Under the pieces are notes generated by a model, which was given only the letters and a program-made list of their open reading frames with translations, had not been told where the DNA came from and did no database searches. The position numbers were made by a program, and so were the translations under genes. Shown here in pieces: positions 11,705-24,326 of a stretch of 64,000 bases of DNA. Source of the stretch: Botryllus schlosseri (Eukaryota). The stretch lies in NCBI GenBank assembly GCA_051294905.1, contig CM119381.1, positions 13,082,001-13,146,000 on the forward strand. The letters run 5' to 3'. The stretch's first letter is position 1, and every line of letters begins with the position of its first letter.

Positions 11705-12891
11705 CAGTGGTTCTCAACCTTTTTGGCTTCGCGGACCCCTTTTCACCGTGACGGACCTTCGCGGACCCCCTAAAGTTTTAGTTCAAATTTGGCACAATTA
11801 TGGTGCGACCGTCATCTGTCTTGTGCAAATATGAACTGTAGGCTTGTGATAAACAGCAACTAAATGACTTTTCTTGAAAATAACACCATACTATTTATGT
11901 AGAAATTGGGTAGACTTTTATTATTTTTTTAACTAATTTTGCAGCGATATTTCTTGAAGTATGAACGAGTGCCGAGAATCCCTTTCCACAAAGATGGATG
12001 GAGGCTAATGTAGTATTAACCAGTAACGCTTCAGACGACACTTTTGGTGTGCTCGCAACATTTATCGCACCATGATGAAGAAACATATTTTTAATGAACA
12101 TATCACGTCCAGCTTACTCATTTTAATCTAGCATATCATCTTGAAGTTATTCTGGAACAGTGGTTATGTTAGTAATATTATTATTATTACAACACACGAC
12201 GTTGGTGCTTATAGCCTATTTTAGGGCTTTGTGCTCCACGACAGGATGTATTTCACGCAGTTCGATGTATTTTTTCATGGTCAATTTCTCTTGCACTCTC
12301 AAAGTCTATTGATCTTCCAGGCTTTCATCAGTTCTTTTGCCGTAAAATTTCAGCTCGACCCACTGTCATTTCTGGGCTTTTTAAGTCACTGCAAGTGGTT
12401 ATGTATATCACAGGATAAATGGATTTCGTAGCGAGGTTTCAATCTCTTTTTTGAACAAAAAATAGGAAAACTACTTCAGGAGTTTTTATTTCATACTACT
12501 GTTCACTAATTTGATGACACCAACAACTTTAAATCAAAAATAATTCTCAAACATTTACGAAGTCAACCTGGTTACCTATTTCTATTTTTTTTCCACAAAG
12601 CCCAACAAAACGTCTCTAAACAGCAATATGTTTGTATCAGTAGGTTATTGGCGATTTGGCAATAAAAATGAATGTTCATAGTAAGATATTTCATGTCAGA
12701 AGATTATTCTGATGATGCGAGTAATGAGGTTTTACCAGTTGTGGAGGAAAACTGCCTTATGATTTCTCTAATCTAAAAGCAAAGTAAAAATTAGGTTATC
12801 AATCATTTTGTAAATTTAGAGGTCTCGCGGACCCCCTGAAATTGCTTCGCGGACCCCCAGGGGTCCGCGGACCCCCGGTTGAGAACCACTG
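11705..12891 (+). mobile_element. hAT (Charlie/Buster-type TIR) MITE, GCGGACCCC family
   Basis: TIR CAGTGGTTCTCAACC at both ends. The flanks share CTAGGC (2 bp short of an 8-bp TSD). Relatives at 4055 and 39457. Confidence 0.88.
12170..12393 (-). mobile_element. Probable 5'-truncated non-LTR retrotransposon fragment
   Basis: Absent from both sister MITE copies and flanked by an 11-bp duplication AGTGGTTATGT. It has an (AAT)n-like tail on the minus strand and a decayed frame ...EKLTMKKYIELREIHPVV. Confidence 0.5.
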
Positions 12892-13120
12892 CTAGGCTAT
12901 AGCTAGGGCTATGTTTAAAATAAACATTAATTGAAAACACAGGTGTTTGAAACAAGGCCCTTGTTTAAAACATTATTTATCGTCTTCAAAATCAGGGTTG
13001 TAACCAAGTCAAAGGTTCCGAGTCACAAGTCCATCTCGCTTTTACAGTGTTGACTCGAGTCAAGTCGAGTCATTCTCAATTCACCACCGAGTCAAGTCCG
13101 AGTCATACTGTTTTGACTCG

Positions 13121-13430
13121 AGTCCGAGTCCAAGTCATTATGTTCACTGTTCAGTTTTGAATTCAACACGGCTCAACCCACTTTTTTCAACTCTGCTCGG
13201 GTAATATAGAATGACTCGCATTCATAATATAGTCATTTTCCTCAGTCTAAACAGTTTGGTCTATCAGTCCTAATACTTGGTAGATAGGCCTAGAAACTGT
13301 TAAGACTGAGAAAGATTACTAAATTATGAATGCGAGTCATTCTATATCACCCGAGCAGAGTTGAAAAAAGTGCGTTGAACCGGATTGAACTGAAAACTGA
13401 ACAGTGAACATAATGAGTTGGACTCGGACT
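13121..13430. repeat. Long imperfect palindrome (arms ~145 bp, short spacer)
   Basis: 13121-13264 aligns to the reverse complement of 13284-13430 at roughly 85-90% identity by eye. Confidence 0.9.
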
Positions 13431-13460
13431 GATTGACGAAATGCCAAAAATGTGGCGACT

Positions 13461-13494
13461 CATGGCCTACTAAAAGCATTTTTAGTAGGCCATG
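13461..13494. mobile_element. 34-bp hairpin with 7-bp TSD; putative P-like excision footprint
   Basis: CATGGCCTACTAAAA-GCAT-TTTTAGTAGGCCATG flanked by GGCGACT/GGTGACT. Single-copy empty sites at 26677-26683 and 51267-51273. Confidence 0.7.
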
Positions 13495-14670
13495 GGTGAC
13501 TTTACTATTCTTCAAAGTTACAATGAAATGTCTGTCTAGGCCGTCCTAGTCTCGAGCCATACGACTTGGTTCGAGTCATGCACAATGACTCGAGCACAAG
13601 TCGACTCAATACAAAAATTGACTCGAGTCTAGTCATTTTACGCATTTGAAAAAATGAATCGAGTCAAGTCGAGTCACCAAAAAATCGCGACTCGAGTCAT
13701 TAAAACCATATCAAAATGATATTGTTTGGCATGATTACAAAAACCAATCGTCTTTCAATGCCATAAGAGATGGAGTCTGACTGCGATAGAATCATTCTTT
13801 CATGCATAACCTCCATATATGTTTTCCACAGCAGAGCGTGTGTTCGCCGAGATTTCATTACTCGAAAATTTATCCATTTTTCTCTCTAAGGAATTCTTGA
13901 CTATTTGTTCGGTAAATCGGTTATCAATTAAAATTTCCCGAATGTATACAGGTTGCATATGTCTCATCTCTTATCGCATTCAAAAACAATTGGTGTCCTT
14001 GGTAAATTGTTAAGATGACAATGTCAAATCAATCTTGTGTTCACCACCACGCAGTTTCTATCTTCAACCCGAAAAATGATATGATCAATTTTAGCGTCAC
14101 TGTGATTGTAGGTAGGTATACCTACTTGAAAAGAAGAACTTGCATGAAAACATCGATCAACATGTTCCGAGAGCTATATTCGATCGCGCACATTTCATTC
14201 ACTGGAAAATTTATCCTCAACTGATCTAAGGATACTGGAGTAAAATCAGGTCATGCCCGCCACCTATTGACATGCATTTACTTTCACCAAACTACAGTAA
14301 CAAGATATTATCCATATTAGCGAGATGCATTCCATTTGATGACATTGTAAAGAAAGCATTATAGTTTCTACAATCTGGTACTTTTGTTGCGTTTAGTAAC
14401 GGGGATATAAATAGAATAGTTCCGAAATGGGCAAAGGCAGGGACGCTGGGAAACGTTGGGAAACATTGCACTATATTGTCATGAAATACAGAATTATTTT
14501 TCATTTGGTGTAACTGCCTTTATTCTGTTAGTGGTAGAAAAAAGGCACCTAAGTCATACATACCGCTATGACTTCAAAGGGGGTTATTCGATTCGACGCC
14601 TAATAGCCTACTCGTCTTGGAATCGAATCGGTGACCTTGGTCAGGTGCTCGCATTTGCCCATGTATACTG

Positions 14671-16394
14671 CAGAGGTGGTCAAAGTAGTCAAGAAAGCTA
14701 CTCAAGTAGTAGTAGAAGTAGCGACGAAAAAAATCTACTCAAGTACCAGTAGAATTACTTCTTACATAAGCAACCTAAAACTACTTGAAGTAGAAGTAGG
14801 ATTGACTGACTTCAAATCTACTCAAGTAAGTAAGTAGTTGTGAAAACGATCGTAATTCGTTTCGCATGGACTGTCAAAAGCTGCAAATGGAGCTATGCTT
14901 GGGTTACCATACGTCCTCTTTTAAGAGGATTTGTCCTCTTTTTTGACTTTTTTGAAAATGTCCTCGGAGGACGCTCTTTTGTCCTCTTTTTTTGAGATTT
15001 TGTCCTCTTTTTTGAAAATTTAGGTCAGATTTAGAGCAAATTGCGAGTTATATGCCGTAAATAAGCACAGAAGTGACGCTCCGGCGGGTATTTCGGAGTG
15101 AAAAACGGTGATTTTAGCTCTGGGCGGAAAAGATGACCTTTTTTTTTCTAGTCAACCGATCACAAAGTGGGAAAAATTCACCGGTTTTTGAGAATTCTTC
15201 TCCGGATTTCCAAGTCTCAAATTTCTGAAAAAGTGTCCTCTTTTTAGATTTCCCAAATATGGTAAGTCTAAGCTATGCGGAAGGTTTAGAGAGTTTGATT
15301 CATATTGATGCATACCAGGAGGTGTCAACTTTCGACAGAATAAGCAGTCGTCCACATCATGGGATGTAAATGATAGTATTGATATGGAAATGCGATATTA
15401 ATCCTTTGTTGACTCGAACACCCCGCTGTAAATACAGCGCCTTCAAAAGCCCAGAGGAAGAGAAAGCCGAACTCTAGAAAGATGGCAGCTAAAGATCACG
15501 TTGAAGGAACAAAAGCAAAAAGACATCTGACATTAATGAAATTCATGTACTGGGCGCAAACGACTGTAATAGCGATAAGCGCCAATGATGTGTTAATAAA
15601 ACAAAACAAACAAACCCCGTTTTAGAGAATATCATAGCATGGCGCCCTCCTCTATATTATAAAGCCCCTAGTTCAGTCGAAGAGCAATACGGATAAGTTC
15701 AGTCAGATACGGCTTTACCACTTTGCACGATTAGTATACGTTAATTAAAAATATATCAGATCGTAAAAATGCCATATAGTGTATAGCTTTATTTTCGGAA
15801 AATATAAGGCATTACCACACTTGCTTTTATACTTCAACATGTATGTTCTCCAGACAAAAGAACTGAAACTGTAATTAGAACTCAATGTCAAGTTCCACTT
15901 TTCCAGATTAGGACACGTCATGGGCTGCTAGGTATAATAGGTAATTGCAAGATTGCGAAACGGTAGTTTCAAGCGTTATGGGGGCCATACTTACTGTGAT
16001 GAACTATTTGATATAGGCCACAATGCGGTGTGAACGGAACGACGCAACCCGGTATCTAAATTATATTCAGCGATAATTTCGGTAAAACATATTTGTCACT
16101 CCACCTACTGTGCGCGAAGCGCAACGAAAATTCTGGGTACTTGACTTTTATGGAAATTAAATGTTGGTACTACGTGAAAACAGCCCCAAAATTCCTTAGG
16201 CTATCTTTCTTATTGGGGGATTAAACTACTTCTACTTGACAAACTGAAAATAGCGAAACGTAAGTAAGTAGTTCACAAAATATTACGAAGTAGAAGTAGC
16301 GAAAAAATGATCTACTTGAGTAAGAACCAGAAGTAGAGGAAAACTACTTGAGTACTTCAAAAAAGTAGAAGTACTTCGTTACTGACCACCTCTG
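14671..16394. mobile_element. hAT-type MITE with AGTAG/CTACT subterminal repeats
   Basis: 12-bp TIR CAGAGGTGGTCA and TSD GTATACTG/GTATACTC (7/8). Confidence 0.88.
14899..15270. mobile_element. Blackjack-like hAT MITE (same end family as 863-4051), nested
   Basis: Degenerate TIR (GGGTTACCA / TGGTAAGTCTA), GTCCTC repeats, perfect TSD AGCTATGC (14891-14898, 15271-15278). Confidence 0.85.
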
Positions 16395-16460
16395 GTATAC
16401 TCATAATAATTAGGCAGTCTTGACCCGTCTGCGAGTATTTCCGCCCCTCTCTGTCTAAAC

Positions 16461-16560
16461 CAGAGGTTCTCAACCAATGGGCTATGGCCCAGTGGTGGCC
16501 CAGAGGAACATATTGAGGTGGGCCACAGAGCTATTTGGAAAATTGTAGAATTAGTGAAAG
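16461..16560. mobile_element. Left end of a Charlie-type hAT MITE (other end not found)
   Basis: CAGAGGTTCTCAACC preceded by GTCTAAAC, with GGCCC repeats. The extent is approximate. Confidence 0.5.
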
Positions 16561-17289
16561 TTTAGTTAATTTGTTATATTATTCGCTCAAAAATATATTC
16601 ATGAAGCAGGCTACATGAAGCTTTTCATCCGACTCTTATGGGACGTCGTGGCCCGCATGGAGTCACAGTTTACCAGTCGAAATGGGAGGGGAAACGGCGG
16701 CTTTTGTCCCCCGGCTATGACAGCCTACGGTTAACAGCAACGAAAATAATTTCGATAAGTGACTGGTAGTTAATGCTGCAGTGACCAGGTATTCCGGTAG
16801 GGTCATATGACTCATGCCATTAAAAAGGGTGTGCATGAAGCTCGGACTAAAGTATATTTGATGTAGATTTACGGTACTTCGGCAGGTCGTATTATTGTAA
16901 CATAAAAATAGCCATAATTGCAATTTATTATAAATTATCAACTTCCTGTGGAAGTATACGGCACCACCGCTACGAATCGTAATGGACTGAGGATTTAGCG
17001 CAACACATTAATCTTCGGAGTCGGTTTAAAAGGTCGGGCATTGAAATCATTGTACTTAATGTAAGAGTCACATGAATTGACTGTATCATTGAATTGAGTG
17101 TTCTCATATCGCAACTTCAGTATGTAGGCCTACAAGACATACATTGAACAGCTAGCATATTAAAAAATCGTTTCTACACTTCTCAGTAGTATCCCATTCA
17201 CCAAAGAATTGTTTGAAGCTGGCCCAGAATGGTTTTATTTTTCCTCCCCATATTGGAACTAAAACCCCAATCACGCAGTGGTCTAGATT

Positions 17290-18050
17290 TAAGTATAATT
17301 AGAAGGGAGATTTTTTTTACTCCAAAAGCGGAAGATTTTGACCTAAAAATCAAAGTTTTGACATTTTTTGCCTTAAAAAACTTGATTCTGATCAAATTTT
17401 GTCTCATGTATGTAAATTGGGTGTTTTCCCACAAAATGTTAGAATTGTACGACTTATTTTCATTTCTGGTTGAGACTGTCTGTCCTTACGATAAAGTCTG
17501 GCCTCAAAAAACTTTTTTGACTTCAAAACTGACAAATTGTTACATGAAAAAACTATATTTTAACGAAATCTGGACCTACGAAGAATTCCACTATAGTTAC
17601 ATCTTGCATGATGGCAGAAATTATTAAAATTTGTTCTAGTACAACGAAAGATACTTTCCTAGATTCCTGGGTAAAAAGTGTTTGTCCTTACTAAGTAGCT
17701 TGCCAGGAATGGAGAAAGAACGTTCAACAGCAGCGGTTGTTGGCTGGCAACACTGAAGTTGTGCGTACACTGCTGGTGACACGCCGTGCTGATTCATTCT
17801 GACAATGTTGTCTACATCACAAGTTTTCATCATGAGCTTCTTGATATACGAACCAATGCCCATGCAGTCTTGCTTCAGTTAGGATATTGCGGTACGTTGA
17901 GCATAACATCATGTCAACCTATCTGTTTCATTTGAACTTTTATGATTCACATGAGTATACAATGAGCCGTCTACAACGATAGGCATATACAGCAGGCTAT
18001 AAGCTGTCAAATTTTAAATGATTAGTTCACCAACAGTGCAAACACCTTCT
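17290..18050 (-). mobile_element. Second, end-less copy of the 863-4051 element interior
   Basis: Colinear with 960-1643 plus 3742-3790 and lacks the GGAGTC insertion. Boundaries are approximate. Confidence 0.75.
17636..17863 (-). pseudogene. hAT transposase C-terminal fragment
   Basis: CCQPTTAAVERSFSIPGKLLSKDKHFLPRNLGKY retains the ERSFS motif. Confidence 0.78.
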
Positions 18051-18149
18051 AGGCCTGCTATAGAAAGGAAAAGCTTGTTCGAAAATTTTTGACTGTATAT
18101 AGGCCTACTTGCGCCAAATATTTTTTCAACAAAAAGTTATACAGTAGCC

Positions 18150-18675
18150 AAGACCCCAATCAGACGGATTTGGTTTTCATGATACAATAAGGATATCAAA
18201 TCAAGATAGGTCCCGTACGCCTAAACGATTTTTTACAATAGACTTCGATGACTTCTTTATATCAATTTCGTTGATGTAAAAAATGGTTTGGTGAACTAAG
18301 TACAATTCGCTGACTTCTTATATGTATTGTGTTTCGTTCGTGCTAATGTGTGATTGCAGACAAAGCTCACAGCAGAGAGTAACTAGAGATTCATAAAAAG
18401 AAATCTGAATATTTCGAGCGAATAATTTTTGAAATTGGCAAAGTGCCTGCTCGCTAAGTGCTGAATTTCTTTTCCTGCTGCCGCAGCGGAGAGTGGTCCG
18501 AAGTTGATACGCAAGGAATTTCAACCAAAGACGTTGTAATGACGTGAAAAATTGTAATACATGAAAAGGTTCACAGTGCAGAACCTACTAAGGTTCGTTT
18601 TTGAACGCGAACCTCCCAACTTCAGAGGTTCACAGACAGAACGCGAACGTGAACTTACCTTTCACACCATCCCTA
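18150..18675. mobile_element. Partial diverged copy of the GTGAAC MITE (4533-5471)
   Basis: Right end ...TTCACACCATCCCTA and subterminal region match 5320-5471. The left boundary is approximate. Confidence 0.7.
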
Positions 18676-20725
18676 CCAGAGAACTCGATTGAATGTAGGT
18701 CTACTGTTTTTCTGCGGATCGTTAAATTTACCGTTCTTTACCTGACCCTGCTGCTTACAAACGTAGAGAGATAAATATAGATTTTTGGGGGAAAATCGAA
18801 TATGCAAATATTGGTCTGATTGGAATCTGAGTTCGATGAACGAATTTTTGAAGCTGGAAATGGACTTGGACATAAAATCTACAATAATTTGCAAGGTTCA
18901 TGCAATTCAAATGAAAGTCATTCGTTACCGGGTATAAATTGACTTGGATTTGGAGATGATATGAAATGAATTCTGGATTTGACAAATATTCAACTCACAT
19001 TATGTATGTATACTTTTATGTATCCCTGTCTCCAATAAATCATGTGTAGCCTACTTAGATAATGGACAGTAGACGAACGATGGTAGATCCAAGGAGTTGG
19101 ATTGTTGTATTTCGTAAAAAGTCAATGTTACGGTCGTGCACCTCATCAATCCCCCTTCGGTAATTTTAGCAAAACTAAGACTCCAAAGACAATTTAGATC
19201 GGTGCAAAAGCATCAAAATTCAGCAAGAATACTTTTCAACTCCGGCTCCATGGTCGACACTGTCATAGATGTGATGAGTGATGTCCAAGATGACGGTAAA
19301 TTTGGCAGGTTATGGATATGGACCATGCACTCTTGAACAGGCATTGTTGAATATACCAGGGTCGTTGCACGGACAGGAATAACTTTCCTTAGTCTACAAG
19401 ACAACTCCTTTATACTGACTAGACTCTAGACTCTAGAGTTTAGCTATTCGTATATACGTCCCGCGACGTACGGCAAATAGCATTATAAATGAAATGAACA
19501 ATATTTATTTTCGGGTTGCAGTCGTCATAAGCCTCGATAGATTTAATGCATGGAAAACTGAACATTTTCATTCATCGAGGTATATGCCTGCGGGGGACAT
19601 TTTAGAAGAGTATGGCTATGATCTAATTTTATAGGTTCCTGTGACGATACGAGCAATTTGTGAATTTCATCGCATTTATATGAAGTATCCTATAACTGCC
19701 CGTTTGAAATCTACACTATTTGAGGATTGTGTTAATATTCCTCTATCCAAGTTGTAGCCGACACAGATGATAAATTCATAAAGTGTACCACGCCCTGCGT
19801 ATATAGCTGATCTATCGACAATTTAGATTTTAGAATTTAAAATGATTTACGGGATGGTGTGAGCAGTAACAGTTTTCTTGCGAATCATGTATTATGAAAT
19901 CATATATTTTTTATTGCCTGACTTAATGTATAGTTTCGACCTACCGCTACTTCTATCACTATAGTACACTACTAGTTGTGATTCAACATTAGCGGCATTG
20001 TCTCATCTTTGCTGCGTAGCATTTGTCAGTCGCGACATTTTTCACCCCCTCTGCTGCTGAGCCATGTAAATTATAGACCAAGGTCATAGTATTTGAACAA
20101 GCAGATTTTCAAAGCATGGCAACATTCGGCCAGATCGTGCTCGTTACTCGTTTAATCTGGTGATCTGAGATTTGTACGGGAACTTTTCTGAGTTCAATTT
20201 CGCAGAAGATAGTGTCGAATTCTAGACACATGTTTCCACGTGAAATAAAATATCGAAAAAACGGATGTCAAATGTTTTAACTCCATTATCGTCGACATCA
20301 GTACAATTACGGTGTTTCCGTTGATCATATCGGTTGTATCATCGATATAAGGGGTCTCAAACTCAATCTGGGTCGCTGGCCGGATTCAAACATTTTAATC
20401 GCTTATACGGGCTAGTCAAATGATGCCAATATGTTACCTAGAAATCAATACCTTTAGTGTTCGTCAGTTGGGCGCTTCATTATCAATATAATATTAGAGA
20501 TGATCAGGGCTTCATTGTAGCAACACCTTTATCCGCAAACAATATATTTCTTTCATTGCAACACTGCAATAATACATTTATTTATTTAGACTACAATGGG
20601 TGTTGTAATGAAAGCAATCTTCAAGTTCTGTACTACGAACCGGTTATTTAACAATAGACTTGTAAAATATAGAGTAATTGGTCGTTTGAATCTGGTTATA
20701 AGCCACTAAAACATTGACTCTTAAT

Positions 20726-21885
20726 CAGGGCTGTGGAGTCGGAGTCGGTGGAGTCGGAGTCACGTTACCTTTTCTCTTAATGGAGTCGGAGTCGGAGTCT
20801 CAAAATCTTTTAGCACGACTTGGAGTCAGAGTTGGAGTCGGAGTCGTGAAAATATGGTGGCTGGATTCAGAGTCGGAGTCGCGGAAAAAATACTGACTGT
20901 ATTCGGGATTTGTGAAAATGACCCTGACTCCGGCTTCTTTATTATGAAAACAATTGCTGTGAAAGGTATCTTCAAATTACTAATAATAACTAAAGTAGGA
21001 TTTTTATGTACCATCAATCACTGTTATTAGTAATGATATTAATAAAATTGGACAATATTTGCAAATTGCAATTCAGTTGCATAGAGGAAGAAAATCGCAA
21101 TTTGCATCTTCGCGATGTAGTCACAAATCGATGCAAATTTCGGAATTATACCATGATACTGTGACAGAGTAAAAATAAGATTGTAAAATTGATGTAAATA
21201 TAACCAGACGTCGCTTCCCACTTGACAAAATTAAAAATATTTGTAGTGTAGCTCAGCTGCTTGGGTCGAACAAATGATTAGGAAAGACTACAAGTCCTAG
21301 TAATTGAATACATATACTTGTAATCAGTATCGTGTGCAATGAGAAAATTTGTCAGTTACATCTCTGTATTAGTTGCTGAGTCATACACAAGAGCTATACT
21401 TCGATTCTTTTTATCTTCATTTTAATTATACAGGATTGGATATATGTCATGTTTGAATGATTCATACATACAGGGTATTAGAGAGTTCATGTTATAAAAA
21501 CTTATAAAATATGAAAAAAGCAAGGATATTTAGAAAAGCATTCTTCCATGTGAATTGCATAGCGAATAATTCGAGCTGTGCCGCAATGAAACAATTTTGC
21601 ATGCCATCGTTAATCATATGTTTGGCTGTTTGCATATCTTCAATGACTATATGATATTCATTCAACCGTCACTGTGGCATATAATTTTCGAAGTAAATTG
21701 GTAATACTGTTCGAGTCGGAGTTGGAGTCGCAGTCGGAGTTCTCTTAAGAAAATAGTCGGAGTCGGAGCCCAAGTCGGAGTCGGTACGTATAAAGACTCA
21801 GGAGTCGGAGTTGGAGTTGGTACATTAAAAAAGTATGGAGGCGGAGTCGGAGTTGGTGGTAAAATTTACCGACTCCGCAACTCTG
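20726..21885. mobile_element. GGAGTC-family hAT MITE, second copy
   Basis: TIR CAGGGCTGTGGAGTCGG / CCGACTCCGCAACTCTG and TSD CTCTTAAT/CTCTTAAG (7/8). Confidence 0.9.
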
Positions 21886-22697
21886 CTCTTAAGGCACGAT
21901 TACGACGATGTATGTTGGGATATATCTATGACCCCTTCGGGTTGTTCGCGATATGATGTTGGCTTTACATACATGTTGGGACGAATACAAAAAATCAGCT
22001 GTAGAACCCTTTGAATTCAGTTCATTATTTCCAAATCGCAAGTTGGGTGACACGGATGCCATTTTGGGTCGTGACAAAAAAGTTTATGGATCCATCTCAT
22101 CTTTAGGCTAGCGCCCTCGCGTAGCGATTTTCATTTCAAGGGGGCGAAGATATTCAGGTGGCGATATCCAGGTGCAGGGGAAGATGGTAAAGCAGCATTA
22201 CAATAAGTATCATTACAAGTTAACTTCTGACTGAAATTACCAAATCCCCACAGTTTTCGTCGCGCTTCGAGCGAACTATAATAAGCAGTCAGTTTCCACG
22301 AATGCACTGGTCATTATAAATTCACGTAATGAGAGCTACTTATTCCTCCTAACATTCAGAATGATCCAGTTTAGGGCTGGAAAACACTCACATACAATTT
22401 ATGTAATATGGGTTGTGTTGTGTTCTTGTTGGAGGAACAGGGTATAAATCATTCCATATATTTGTCCGAAATAAAATTCAATGTGAGCAATTTTTCTTAG
22501 GCTATCTATAACATCACATTGTTAAGTATACTGATTGATCACAGAAAACAAGGAAGCAAAACCCAATACAATTGCACCGTATCGCCAATCGCATAAGTGC
22601 GATGGAGCTCTGTACGTTGGGCCCGAACCCGAAAGATTTGAGCCCGTATACGAAGGCTTTTTATGACAGCCTGATTTGAGCTCAAAAATAGTACACT

Positions 22698-23226
22698 TAG
22701 GGTTGCATTTGAAACAAATTTCTGTTTAAAACATTGTTAAACAGTGTTTTAAACAAAGGCCTTCATAAAAAATTGTTTTTCAAGTTGTATAAACATGCCA
22801 TAAGTGTGCAAATATCTTCCCAACAAAACATGTTCAATGAGCCTACGGACGATTACTACCCGATATAGCCGACGCATACGATATGGGATGGTTGGAACCC
22901 GCGGAATAGTTGGTTTAACAACTATAGTACGTATATATAGATCATTGGTACAGAATGCATCCTCTGATGATTATGACAGCCGAACGTAAAAATGCTGCAT
23001 GACGATGTAGTCCTGGTTAAAGATATTTTTTGTCCGTATATGAAAGGGACCGATTTCGTCAAAGGAGCTAAATTTACCCTATATTTTCAAATGTCAACGT
23101 CAATCCACTGACGTCACAATTGAATATTCGTGACGTCCCTGCTTTAAAAAAACACGTTTTAAACTTATAGGGCCTTGTTTTAAACATGTTTGTTTTAAAT
23201 TGATTTTTGTTTTAAACACAACCCTA
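22698..23226 (+). mobile_element. TAGGGTTG-ended MITE (CRE-pair family), complete copy
   Basis: TIR TAGGGTTG..TTT.AAACAAA and TSD AGTACACT/AGTACACG (7/8). Confidence 0.88.
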
Positions 23227-23889
23227 AGTACACGCAAATTTTATATCATTAGTCGCGTCGTCATTCCGGGCGATTCAAGCTCGACATATTTTAAATAGTC
23301 AAGTGCGAAACCGAAAATCCCGAATCGACTTCGAGGTCTACGCCATCGTCTTTAGGAAAGCCGTTAAAAAGGGGGCGCGGGAGCATCAATAGTTTTGAAA
23401 AGAGGCGTCGGCCAAAAATAAGTTAAAAACCAACAGGGTTGTAACCATGTCACAAGATTCCGAGTCACAAGTCAATCTTACTTTATTAGTTTTACCTCAT
23501 GGCACATGGAGTCATTTTCAATTCACCACCTAGAGACCTAGTTAAGTCCGAATACAAGTCGTGGGTGCAGAGGGTCGATTCCGAGTACAAGTCAATGTGG
23601 TAACTGCTCAGTTTCTAGTTCAAGTAATGTTCAAGCGACACCTTTACAGCTCTACTTGGATGATTTCAATCGTTTCTTAATAATAATATACGAATTCTCC
23701 TCAATCTAAGAAGTTACTCCCCTTCCACTTATTTTTCGGATAACTCTAGTGCAGTGGTTCTCAAGCTTTTTCACTGTGGGAGCCATTTTATGAACCTCAA
23801 CTCTGTCGGGAGCCGCATGATGGCACGAATAACGTAATTTATTGAGAATAGAAAAATATCATCAAAAATGGTATCAACGAAATGGTGTA

Positions 23890-24010
23890 CGGCTAAAATA
23901 GCGACGGCCTTAATAGCGACGGCCAAAACACCGACTGGCCACAACAGCGACGGCCATAACAGCGACGGCCAAAACCGCGATTGGCTCAAACAGCGACGGC
24001 CAAAACAAAT
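23890..24010. repeat. Tandem array of ~8 x 15-bp units (CGGCCAAAACAGCGA)
   Basis: Units read directly; there are no spacers. Confidence 0.88.
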
Positions 24011-24176
24011 ACGACAATTTCCCCAGACGACACTGTGACAGCGGGCACTCCCCATACGGACAACTTCCGAAACGACGTTACCCAGCCACGTCCCTTCACC
24101 GATGGTATACCGAGGTATACCCTTCACCGTTGAAGCCGATTGCGGATGATTTACAATTTACATTCTTCCAGATAGT

Positions 24177-24320
24177 AAATAGATAGTGATCACCACAGAT
24201 TTAGCGTCACAACATGTTTATTGAGACTTAATCCACAATCTTTCTGAGTTCCGAGAGCATGTGAATTGAGTTTGGATGAACAAGGCGTGACGCTAAATCT
24301 GTGGTGATCACTATCTATTT
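24177..24320. repeat. Perfect 34-bp inverted repeat with 76-nt loop (small MITE, TA or AT target)
   Basis: 24177-24210 is the exact reverse complement of 24287-24320. Confidence 0.88.
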
Positions 24321-24326
24321 TGCAAC

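Larger units (their letters stand above)
12993..13710 (+). mobile_element. hAT-type MITE, CAGGGTTGTAA / GACTCGAGTC family
   Basis: Left TIR CAGGGTTGTAA, degenerate right TIR, flanks share TCAAAAT. Colinear with the clean copy at 50919-51475. Confidence 0.8.
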
